From Magallana gigas (Eukaryota): 64,000 nucleotides of DNA. Positions 38,439 to 50,821 of this stretch are shown here, piece by piece. Within the stretch, counting starts at the first letter, position 1; the number at the start of each line of letters is the position of its first letter. The position numbers were made by a program, and so were the translations under genes. The notes under the pieces are model-generated. The model had not been told where the DNA came from. It did no database searches and saw only the letters and a program-made list of their open reading frames with translations. Location: positions 22,630,001-22,694,000 of the forward strand of contig NC_088856.1 of the NCBI RefSeq assembly GCF_963853765.1, written 5' to 3'.

Positions 38439-41400
38439 CTTTAATGCAAGCCATAATGACGAATCAAATTTATTAAACATAGGATCAGTTTATATACTAT
38501 AAAAAGACTACTAAAGGTCTTCCTCATCTTTATATGATGTATCTTTTCAATAATCATATGAATGTTAAAGAGAAAAGAAAGATTTTACGTACTGTGCACA
38601 TAATACCCAAATGTTGTTTGAAAAAAGTAACAAACAATATGAGTTCTCTTATGAAAACTAGTCTAGACATCTTAATAAATTATTCGCACTAGTTCATTAG
38701 TTTTGTTTATAGATAAACAGAGCCTATTTAAAAAGAAAAAAAATAGATACATGAAACAAAATAATGGCAATAATTATGGTACAAGGTATATCCTAACAGT
38801 GCATTGATTGCAACGCCAATCCGGAACTTAATAACTGAAAAAACATATCGACTTCTAAAAATAAAATCCGATATAAATAATGCATTATTGGGCAAGTGTA
38901 AACCACTTTGAAGTTTTTGAAAACCGTTTACATGGACTGTGTCATTTTTTTTATTATTTTTTTTAACTCATTGAAACACATAATACATATATCTTTTTTC
39001 TTTTGATAAAAATTTTTATCTTAGAAATGAGATCACAATGGTTTTTGATAAAAAATAATGATAAATAAAATCTTGAATGCCTAATTTTCATCATACTTTT
39101 ATTAAGGTTACTGTCTGGAAAAATGAAAGCAAGATATTAAAATCCGCGAGATTTGCTCTTCACGTTTATAATTCCTTGTGTTTCTTAAGAATGCAATATA
39201 GAAATGTAAGGTGTTTTTTATTTTAACATATCTATGGTGAATGTTAGCTTTAGTATGTAGAAATAGTCCATATAGAAATAACTTTCATAAATATGTTAAA
39301 CATATGACTGTGTAATTCACAATAACCCTACCTCAAGAGTTACCGGGTCTGATTTCATTTAGACACCTAAACTATACAGAAAAAGCTTCACTAGCAGTAA
39401 ATAGGGCATAACTCAAAATTTGCAAAATCACATGTGGCAGTATCTATATCCAAATCCTTGAATGCTGTACAAATATATACCAAAAATATTATCGATTTAG
39501 TAGACATGACAAAAAAGTCCACTAAACGTTCGAAAGTCTGCTTTTACTTTTTATCTGGTGTAAAAAAGTTTAAAAATAACAATAATGACCTGCTATGATA
39601 AAATATAGGGGTTATTTTTCCGACATCGAAATCGACCCCAAGTTGAAAAGAGAGGAGATTTTAAAAAAAAAAATGTACCTCGGGGTCAGTTTTCTTAATG
39701 TAATAGACAACTTCTAACCGATTTATATAACTAAAGCTACATTTTTTATCTTAAGTTTTTACAGAGTGTACGTCACCGTCCTATTAAGGTATCGGCTGTA
39801 CAATTGAGCCTGGGAGCTCGGGATTTTCCAGGATGAGCTCGGTAGATTACGGAGCTTAAAATAAATTTTCAGAAAGTCGCACTATTTTAAATATATCTAT
39901 GGTATACAATAAAGAATAAGCAATTGATGTTAATAACATCTGCAGATATTTAAACGAAGACAAAGACATGGTATATCTCAGATTGAATTTGTGCCCATTA
40001 AAGCCTAATTTTTTCAGATCTCTTATAGTAGGCCGAAACTTTTTAATTAGCTGTATTGTTTGATTTTAATTTAAAAAACGTAAAGTTGGGGAGTTTTAAT
40101 GTTTATAAACAATAAAATTAATGTAGATGTACAATAATTTGAGTGAGTGATATAATTATGTGACTGTCACAAAACAGTCATTATTCGAGAAATGGGACTA
40201 GGGGCGATTCCTCGATCAAAATATATCCGTTGAATGACAAGAATGTGGCCAAGAAATATGTATAAGTTATTAAGCACATGATATTGTTGATATATGAATT
40301 CTTTGTTTGTAGAATTTTTCTATTCTATGTGCTATCACATTATGTTTGAATTTACCTCTTAAAAGTGAATAGGGATTTTCAAAAAAATCTTTCATCAATC
40401 ACGATATCACGATGTATGAATTTGATTGATTTTAAGAAGTCTATTTCTTACGCTATTTACAAGAATTGCAAGGAACTTCTATCAAATTTATTATCTATTC
40501 AAGAAAACTATCTATACTTATGAATTAAGACTTTTTGCAAATAAACTATAAAATGCCTGCACCAGAGTAACTGTTTATATCTTTGGTATTTCAACACGTG
40601 TAAGATAATGTCCGTAAGCTATAACTAAATTTACATGAGAAGTAAATTTTGTAAAGCCTTTATTTAGAAGCCTTCATTCATTTTCGATTAACCAGCCCGA
40701 AATAGCAAAAACGGGAGAAAGTTGGTGGACATGCTTTGGGGAATCCAAGTCAATGGAAGTTAGCATCAAAATGTATCCTTGCAATGATAATGAATAATTA
40801 CGTATAGAGTATATACATATGTATATGTATTGGGGACTTACTTAGAATATACATAGAAATTAAGTTTTGACAAATGTTAAATATATGAAATAAGACAATT
40901 TGTTTTTTGAATGCGCAATTTTAGTTTTGATAGATAGATGCTTGAGAAGCACGACCCATGGTGAGATAATTGGATAGAACTTTACAGAACGGTGTAACCA
41001 AGTACGTCATAGCAAAAGTGTAAGATGAGTTCATCGTTCATCGCGGGCAGATACCCTGGATTGGCAATCTATGTTTAATTCAAAATTATTAATAAATAAA
41101 ACTGATTAATTTGGGGTTATTTTAATTTTGATTCAAAGAATTTTCCAAACGGGGTGCCCTGGAACGCGGAGAGACGAATTAAAGTCATTGTGGAAAGTGT
41201 TGGGTGAGTTAACTAAATATGCATACATTAGCGGTGAACGTCTATAATAATAACTGAAACGAGGTAGTTGAGTAGCGGGAGGGGGGTCCCCAATTATTTC
41301 AATTTTAAAGAATGCGTTAAGAAAGCAATTTAGAAAATGTTTAGACACAGATTATATAAAATAGACCAAAAAAAAAAAAAAAAAAAAGGACAAATATGTT

Positions 41401-43410
41401 TCAACATATTAAGCATTGTAACATATTTATGTGTAAATGGATATCATCTGGTTATAAAAAATATCAGAAAAGAGAATAAATCACATCAAAAATTTCCCTC
41501 GCACGGCAAACAATGCCGTTTTAGAGGACATTTTAATGTTGGTGTTTTTAAGCGTTGCCAAATAATTTATAACGCATCTGATTTAATTATTGAAAATTAA
41601 AAAAAAAAACAAAAAAAATATTAAACACAAGAAATATAACTCTCTATATTAAGCTTTTGTCGATAATTTTGTCGGTAATGAATGATTAAAAAGGACTACT
41701 AAAAGGCAACTGAATTAAACTTTGACTAGCGTTAAAGACATTTACATTATTCTTCACAAGTATTTCAAATATAAGGCTCAACTTTAGTATAGAAATATAA
41801 AAAAGCGTCTTCTAAAAGCACAGTTAAAGCAAGTTTGTAGGAACCTATTCTTTGATATGGGACTTGTTCTATAAAAGTAAAATAGACGCCAACTCTAAAC
41901 AATAGCATGATAAGCTCCCTCTACGTGATCTCGATTATCTAAAAATGAGTGGGGGTTGAGGATAACTTTCTTAATATTAAACTGTTATCTTAATTCATAG
42001 TTGAAAAAGAACGGATAGAAAATTATCAAGTATAAATTCTAACTACCATCTTTTTCTTCAACATCTTCTTTTGACATTCTAGAAAAAGAAATTCCTCTAA
42101 ATAGGAAGGGGTCACAATGCAACAGGGGGCAACCAAGGAGTGTTCATATTTATGATAATGGCATTTTTCTCCTCAGGCAAAAACGTATTTTAACCGTATG
42201 GCATTGACTGCTTTTCAAATTTTGATCTCTATTCCTTCCATTGTTAATACCTTACAATGGCCATTATTCTTCCATACAGTTATTGTCTAAGGGTGCTCTT
42301 ACTCTTTTCACGGTCTCTTTTCGAAAATTCCGGATTCTCCTATGTTATTGTTCATCGCAACACTATCGCCATCTCCCACCAAAACAAAGATCAAAATAGT
42401 AGTTTTAAAGGATGTGCCCCACCCCACCCACCTACTTTCAAAAACGATAGTGAATAGTATTCCTTGGCAAATACTTTTTGTATTCATATGTTCAGTTGAA
42501 TATCTCTTCAGTTTTCCGTGTAAATGAAGAACAGTATGCCTCATATCGTTATTGTCAGACAGTACGTTTTCTGCAAAAACACTTTTTTTTTATTTATGGA
42601 AGATTTCGAATAATCCAGGCATACCCTTACCAATATGAAATTAGACACAACTGAAACTACCAGGTTACCAAATTTAGTTTTAAATTTTAATTATTTCTTT
42701 TCATGGCAAGAATATTTAATATGGATTGATTAATTTATTTTAATATTTAGCAAAACTGCTTATGCAAAGAAATGAATGATAAGTGAACGTTCTTATAATC
42801 AAAAATATTCATGTTTGTTAATAGTATTGTTTCACATAAGTTTATAGTTATCTATCTTAACTGTACTTCCGAACTCTGTATCTCGTTCGGAATTTGACTA
42901 CTGGCATTGAAACTTTGTACATTAGACTATTGTTAACATTAGAATAGGCAAACAAAATGTGAAAACGTTTTGAACTATGACGTGATCATCCCCCTTTCAC
43001 AATTTTGTAAAAATTATTACTATATGAATAAGTATTTGATTAAAAATTGTCATTATTTACATGAACACAGTTGTATAATGAAAATGAAGTTGTTTTTCAA
43101 AAGCCCATTGGCAATGCCAATATTCCCAAGTGGACAAACTAATTTGATTAAGGTAGAAGGTATTTGGCTTTGTAAGTACCATAATGGCCCGCATCAAACC
43201 CCGTGAGAATTAGGAAAGTTCTATATGAGTAAACAAATGGAGAAAAAAAGATTTAACCAGATTTATCACAAAGATATATTCTATACACTGTTGAACATAA
43301 CTTCAAAACGATATGATTACATATGACCACATTTTTATTGAGAATTTCACATTGTTAGAAAATGTGGTCAATTTTATAACAGAACAATGTACAATTTACA
43401 ACCATCAAAA

Positions 43411-44805
43411 TCACTTGTCAGAAAATTTAAATCCGCTTAAGAAAGTATCGTGGTCGTGAATGTAGGTTGTATATCTTGTAGTATTAGGCGTCCAAAATTG
43501 ACTGTTCTTCTTCATTCTCACTATTAAATGCCCAGTGGTACTCGCCCAAGTGGCGGCCTGGTCACACATGATAGACCATACGATTTGTTGGCCATCGATC
43601 ACTCCACCAATGTACGCCCTTGCTCCTTTCTTTGTCATATAGGTCCAAGTAAAAGAATACACCCCGTCCACGGGGGCCGTGAATTTACCAGTATTTGTGT
43701 TATACCCCTCGCCAATGTTTGTGATTACATCGTCGTACTTGATTATCTGATTATGTGCAAGACTTGAGATTGGGTTCGTCAGTTTAACATGGAAAGCCAC
43801 AGTAGTACCTACAATGGAAGACATATTAAAGGATAGTTGATTTTCTTTTTATTTCATGACAAAAATTGTATTTATCAATATAAATTATAAATCATATAAT
43901 TAATACCATCAGATCTCTATGGAAAAAAATAAAAAGGTTCTAAAGATCATAGTTTTGATTAACATGCAAAAACAAAATGATGAACATACATAAGCAAACC
44001 AAAAGAAAAACTTGACCATCTAAAAATTGTCAACAACTCGGTACCAATTTTGTCCCTACACCAAACTTCACAAAGTGAGTTAGCTTAGCACCTGTTTGAT
44101 TTTAAAGGAAACACAGATCATGTCTCAGACTTATAAAGAGTAAGATAAAAATGAAAATAGTATGAGCATTATGGTAAAAAAGAAAGCCTAACTGCGTATT
44201 GATAAAAACCATAATCGTCATGAAATCACGCAACTTCAAACTGGTTGCATAGGCAAACGCAATAACATTTTGGTAACACAGTCATTCGTTTTTTTTCAGT
44301 TAAAACTGATTGTCTCACAAAATATCTATTCCAACGATATTTAAGGAATATTAATAGTTTACGTAAAATATGATTAAAATCAAAATCATTAATTTTTTGT
44401 TTTTTAAATTTCACACATTTACTTGAACACCTTATATAACCAAACAAGCAAAAATAAATCTAAAGTTGTAAGCAAACCTTAAACTTGATAAATATTAAAC
44501 AACCCAACAAGTTAAAAAGTTATAACTTATCGTCATTACTATTTCCTGTTTTCCTTTGGCAACTTGGTTCCCATCCTATTTCCCGACAGGTGCTTTTGTA
44601 GCTTCTTAGTCTTTTTGCAAAAGCACTGGGGTCGTTGTTCTCAGCTGACGTCATATACAATAGAGCGAGGCCAAGAACGACGCACTTTTTTACTGCCTGA
44701 GAAAATCATTATAATTATATTGAAAACTTCGTTTAATAACCATTTACCAATTATGATTTTTGACGTTTTTACTAAAAAAATGCCCATTTTAAACTTAATT
44801 AGCAT
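43411..44805 (-). CDS. C1qDC gene F; exons 44803-44805, 44540-44696, 43411-43808; exon-1 splice donor appears broken
   Basis: Exon 2 (AVKKCVVLGLALLYMTSAEN...CREIGWEPSC) and the gC1q exon (ORF 43411-43824) are both open with canonical sites. The homologous ATG is followed by CTAATTAAGT rather than GTAAGT. AATAAA at 43334-43339 on the minus strand. Confidence 0.75.
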
Positions 44806-47739
44806 TTTTATGAAGATACCGCACTTATTTGTCTATACAACAATACTGGACAAATTGCAATGTGTAATATACAGGTATTACTACTGTACATATATTTATA
44901 TGGATCGTTTGAGATACATCATTAAAATGTAAGTTAAACAATATGATCATGCTTCCTAAGCATTTCGTGCACGCAAGACATTATTGTTAAAAAGAGTTAC
45001 TTGGTTTGTTCTAATTTAGAAAGAGACTCACTGGTAGTAAATGAGACATAACTCAAAATTTACAAAATCACAAAATCCGTTCAAGGTTAGGATACAGAAA
45101 GTTCATTTAACATTCTAAAGTTGTTTTTTTTTTATCCGGTGTTAAAAAATAACTAAAGAAAACACAAAAATGAACCCGTACAATAAAGATGGAGCGATGT
45201 TTTTGCGACCTCGAAAATTTGTTCAAAGTTGTAAAAAATATGGTTTATTTTTAAGAAGACATACCTTAGGTGTTATTTTTTTTTTATATGATGTTCCTCT
45301 CCATACAGATTTTTATAAAACCTAAAGCCACATTTTTTTTCTTTTTCTTCAGTTGTTACAGGTGAACGTCATCTATCTATTCAATATGTCATCAAATATT
45401 CAAAACGTGTAAAAAAAAATACTCTGACATAACGATAATAAGATATCTAATTGTAAGTTTACAAAAGAATTCTTTTCCCCCTTGAGAAAAACATAGAATA
45501 TCAATCAGTACAAAAAATGTATCATGGTGAGACCAAACGTTAATCACACGAGATTTTTGCCCACATTGCTTCGCATGTTCACAAAAATTTCAACACTTAA
45601 ACTGTTTATTAAAACATATATGTACACATTTTATGCAGTGTGTACACGCGTGGTTAAATTACTTCGAAACTAAGAGTTTGAGAATGCAGTCATTGAGTCT
45701 TCATTTCATAGAATGTACAAATAAAAGCATTCCAGGCTAAAAGATTCTTATTTTGCCAAACTATCAATATACAGTTTTTAAGGCTACAAGGTAATTGATA
45801 AACATTCAACTGCATTTTGTCATGCACATTTTCTCCATTGAAGATTGGAGTACATTAATGAATTAGAATTTTTTAATTCACTATTTAAAATTTTGTTTCT
45901 AGATAATTTATAAATTGCTGATGAAGACTGTTTGATATTTTTGTTAGGTGATGTTGTGCAGCGCAAAAGGTGGGGCGAGTCATTATTAAATATTCCTAAC
46001 AACCGGAACTAAAAATTAAAGGCTTTGGATTCAAATAGTCACTGTGTTACTTAATATTAAGTTTATTTCTTAGATATCATCTCCACAATGATAATATTAT
46101 CATCATCGTAATTAGTATTGTGTAATGCTTTAAAGTAAAATGTTCTATCGGAATCAATCCCGTGATCATTTATATTGCCAGCCTACATTTGTGTCAGCAA
46201 TACACTTTTTGCTTAATAGAACGACCGTGTGTTATAAAAAATTTGGGTTTAATTACCATGCATTTGAACCATTTTATCAACACGTATTTCAGTCAATTCA
46301 AGATGTCTTTGTAACAGTAAAACAGCATGCCGTTTAATCGTGTGTACGTCCAGCTCTTCAAGCATTGACACTGTCATCTGGGCCTATATACAGCTAGCGA
46401 CTCTGCTATCGATCGGTTACCCGGAACGTATCTAAATATAGAAAGAGGCATAGTTTTGAAACAAGAAGTAATACAAAGTCAAAGAGGTTCATTTTTATGA
46501 AATGCAAAAGGCATATCATTAAATGGATTTTGGAATTTCATAGTGTATCATCTTTACACGCTGCATTTATCAGTTAGTGCATAGTGACAACCCTTTTTAT
46601 AACTTTTTGCACGTACACACCCTACGGAAAATGGGCGAATCCGGTTAAAATTGCTAGGGCATAAACTGACTTTATATTACAAGAACATCAAATTCAATAC
46701 TATGGATGGAATCAAAATTAATTTCTCAACAACTTTGCTTTTATGCTGCATTAAACAATTTTCTACATTAACGAGTTATTGACAAAAATTCTTTTGAAGC
46801 CTCTAACTCTCTAATAATAGAGGCCAGCCCTTCATACCAAATGAAAAGTCTCTGTAAGACCCAAAACTTTTAAAATACATCTTATAACAAATTATTATTA
46901 AGTAGAAATCTAAAAAGGAATTTTGTTTCAACACCTATACCACTCCTTTTATTTGAATATAAACAACAAATCAAATGTGTCTTGCACCATTTTCATGTAT
47001 CTGCTTCCACACCAGCCTATCTGTAAAACTCTGCGGGTCACCATTAAAGCTAAACCCATCTGACAATGAAAGTGCTGAAGTACTGACGGGAGTTGATTTT
47101 ATCGATTCTTGTTAATTTTAAAAATAACGATATGTTAATTTGAATGGCGAGTAGTTTTCTATATGTTGTTGAATTACGCACATTTTTTATAACATGAATG
47201 TTCAGACATTTCCAACAAGAATTCCGAGATATGTATATATATATAACTTGGAACTGTTCATTTTCTTTTTTGATTATTTATACTGTGTGATATCACCTNN
47301 NNNNNNNNNNNNNNNNNNNNNNNNNNNNNNNNNNNNNNNNNNNNNNNNNNNNNNNNNNNNNNNNNNNNNNNNNNNNNNNNNNNNNNNNNNNNNNNNNNNN
47401 NNNNNNNNNNNNNNNNNNNNNNNNNNNNNNNNNNNNNNNNNNNNNNNNNNNNNNNNTAGATATATATTTTTTTTCTTTCCTCGTGTGTTCATTAGTGGCT
47501 ACAAAGTGGTATTTGATATGAAATTTATACATAATCAATCTGGCTCAACGTGTCAGAAAGTAGACTGCAACAAAACTCTAGGTTTACTTTTGTGCTATAC
47601 TCCGAGTTTACTTCAGGTTTGTTGGAGCAGATCCACTGTTAACCCCTGGTAAACCCAAAGTGAAACAGAGCTAATCCAGAGTGGTACGAAAATTTAATAA
47701 AGCCACGTTATTTCTTCAGTTTTTACAGTTTTACAGTGT

Positions 47740-48720
47740 CCACGATAGATGTTACCACTGGTAGATGATTCTGAAAATTTCAGCGCATAGAGTATTTCTC
47801 TCAATATTTCGGAGTCCAATGTTTAAAACCAAATTATGATAAATACAGTTCTATATATAGGCGGGTAACCGAATCTCAAAAACTGAGGATGTCCACTTCA
47901 CCCTAATATCACAGTGGTAGTGGTAAACCAATAGTAGATGACCCTAAAATTTTAGCTCCCAGGGTAAGGGATCGCGATGTTTTTCAGTCTGATGTTTAAA
48001 TTGCCATTATATATAATAGTATAGTAGTAGTAGTTATCACTAGTAGATGAGCCTGAAAATGTCAGCGCCAATGGTAGGGGCCCTAGATGTTTCCGAGTCC
48101 TATATTTAAATCATCATAATGAACAGTGTTCTATAAGAGGGTATCCGAATCTTAAAAATTAAAGATGGCCACTTTAACATATTTTCACAGTGGTAGAGGT
48201 TTATCACTAGTAGATGACTCTGACAATATCCAATTCCTGCAAGGTATTGGCTCTCGATGTTTACGAGCTCGATGTGTAAAATCCTTATAAAATGAATAGC
48301 GCAGTATTAGTGCCCGAATTTTAAAAACTAAAGGTGATCAGTTCATTATATTTTCAAAGTGTTAAAGGAATACCACGCGTAGATGACCCTAGAAATTTCA
48401 GCGCCCATTGAAGTGACCCTCAATATCATGGAGCTCGATGTTTTAAACCCCATTAGAATGAATATTGTATTATAACTGGGTGCCCCAATCTCAAAAACAT
48501 ACTTTTACAGTGGTAATGATATGCTTGAACCACTAGTAGATGATCCCAACATTTCATCTCCCAGAGTAGGGCTTCTCGATGTTTCCGAGCCCGGTGTTTA
48601 ATATCCTGTATTTTTAGGACCCTCATATCTTAAAAAAGCAGATATGACCACACAACGATATTTTCACGGTGATAGTGGTTTATCGCTAGTTGATAACCCT
48701 GAAATTCCAGGCCCCAAATA
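47740..48720. repeat. Diverged tandem array, about 6-7 units of 155-172 bp
   Basis: Recurrent ACCACTAGTAGATGACCCTGAAAATTTCAGC-like anchors at about 47755, 47927, 48035, 48203, 48373, 48528 and 48683. Confidence 0.75.
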
Positions 48721-48843
48721 TGAATAATAAATACGTTCTAGAACTGAATTGCAATTAAAAAAAACTGAGAACTGGGAGACAATATCCAATTGCAAGAAAG
48801 TCCAGAACTGTATTTAAAAGCTCATGTCTGAACGTAATATTAA

Positions 48844-49137
48844 GGCGGTATGGGACACTTTTATGTTGTGACGTACTATTTGAAAAAAAAATCAAGTGTT
48901 AATTTACGAATATTTGTCACCTAAAAGCCTAGCGCAGTGGTCTAGATGGTTCACTACTAATCTGTAATTCATGAGTTCAAACCCCACTGTGGATTTTAAA
49001 ATTGTTACTTTTCCAAAAACAATTTGAACGCATTTTGTTTAAATATTTAAAAATTTGAAAATTTTTATACCGCTGAAGGTATTTTATTCATCATGTACTT
49101 TATTTCACATCGAATTCGACAGATGTCCCATAGCACC
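48844..49137 (+). mobile_element. 294-bp MITE with TTAA/TTAG flanks and tRNA-like A/B boxes
   Basis: TIRs GGCGGTATGGGACA and GGTGCTATGGGACA (12/14). A box TAGCGCAGTGG at 48930-48940 and B box GAGTTCAAACCC at 48973-48984. Confidence 0.75.
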
Positions 49138-49950
49138 TTAGAAGAATATCAATTAAATGCCTTGTTAGGTGTCTTTTGTATGTCTCTTCGACGCATGTCC
49201 TACAGAAAGAAATATGTTGACTTCATTTGATAATTCCTTTTCTCCAGGGTTATTCTACAGATCACCTTGAAGTCTTAGTATAAAAAAGATTAGCCTGCTT
49301 TTGGTTTTGCACAATCTTTGATTAAAACGATCGCTCTTTCATGCATTCATTCCTTTGAATATTGTCGAGATAACTTAAGAAAGTAAAGAATAAATATGAA
49401 TTGACGTCTCAATGATCTCACTGTATTCCCCTTTGCATAATGTATAGGTAGTTTATATCCTTTATAACACACTAGACGGTTTGCATATTCAACTTTGAAT
49501 TGCTTGATGGATGATATATTGTTTATTTTTTAAATGGCCTAGAAAAAATTGAGATTTGTTCCAAGTCTTTTCAAACAAAAGCACATGGCAACATAACAAG
49601 TCTCCTGCTAAGTTTATTTATAGCATTTCTTTGACGTCCTTTTTATCAAACCAAGTTCTGAAAATATCTCATTGTCCTGCAACCCTCCAATAAATTCCAC
49701 TTAATAGACAGCAACAGGTGACATACTGGACTGCTGCAGATAAATGGGATACACAAAACTCGCAGAAGGACGCATTAGGGGAGAAAAACACAGCTACTGA
49801 TTTCTCCAAGTTCAATGGAATTTAGCAAGTTTCACGTGGAAACTGTGTAAAATATCCATTCACAAACTAAAGAAGAAGTGAAAATTCTGGCAAAATCAAA
49901 ATAACATATAGTACAAATTTTAAAAACAGAAATTCACTTAGTTGGAACTG

Positions 49951-50821
49951 CAGAGTTGGGGTCAATTATTTTGAAAAGTAATTACTTTCAAACACATTGA
50001 CAATTTTATCAATTACTTGCTATTACAATTACATTGATATTTTTAATTGTAATTAATCACTCTCAATTACTTTGATAAATGTAATTTATTACATTTCAAC
50101 TACTTTAGTTTTATTTTTTTAAATCTTGAGAACATATACATATATCAACAACATTAAGATATACAAGGCTTTATGTACGGTTATGTTTTTAAAGGTTGTA
50201 TAGTTCAGTTCAGTTCAGATCAGATTTTTGAAAATTTTCTTTAACATTAAATTCATTAAGTACCATTGAGTTCATTTTTGGTTCTGAATAATATTTTATC
50301 TATAGTGAATTAATTTTTATTCACATATTAAAACTTTGTTTATTCAGAAAGTACAACATTCGACAGTACAGCATATCAGTATATAAATAATAATTGCTAT
50401 AATTCACAAGAAAGAGATATTTTGATTCCCTTGAGTCTAAAATCAATTGGAGATCTTGGGTATTGGAGGAGTTCACACCTCCACAAAATTAGGTCTTTAC
50501 ATATTGCTCTGGGCAGTGTTTCATGCTGTATAAACATATGAAACATTATGGGACATTTAATTATTGTATAAACAAAAGTCCATGCCAAACATGTATAAAT
50601 TCTATTTATCATTATAAGACACCTTTATTATATTTTAAACTTGGAAAAAAGTCATTGAGATGAAATTGAAAAGTAATTGAAAATACACAATATTTATGGA
50701 ATGTATTTAAATACATTAAATTATTTGTAATTGAAGACAGACTCAATTACCAATTACTCTCAATTACTTTGAAAAATGTAATTAATTACACTCAATCACA
50801 AATACTTTTTTCAATTACCCC
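49951..50821. mobile_element. CAATTAC-rich MITE-like element
   Basis: Left end CAGAGTTGGGGTCAATTA, CAATTAC-rich subterminal regions at both ends, and a degenerate right end CAATTACCCC. Confidence 0.55.

Noticed and set aside
41140-41300. GC-rich patch with kappaB-like GGGGGTCCCC as the lost promoter of E
   Set aside because: No homology to the conserved C1qDC promoter (no TGCACGCAAGA, no ATG|GT exon); a single short motif is not enough evidence.
44564-44932. Plus-strand 122-aa ORF, and similar antisense ORFs at 30980-31207, 13957-14217, 29255-29617, 37962-38286 and 43528-43767
   Set aside because: Antisense shadows of C1qDC exons, with no domain features or independent splice support.
47740-48720. 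Regularly spaced repeats as a CRISPR-like array
   Set aside because: Eukaryotic context, whole units are homologous with no unique spacers, and there are no cas genes.
48927-48995. tRNA-like sequences (also 11834-11900 and 2255-2335) as true tRNA genes
   Set aside because: A/B boxes are present, but I could not fold a convincing acceptor or anticodon stem, and they sit inside TIR-bounded repeats.
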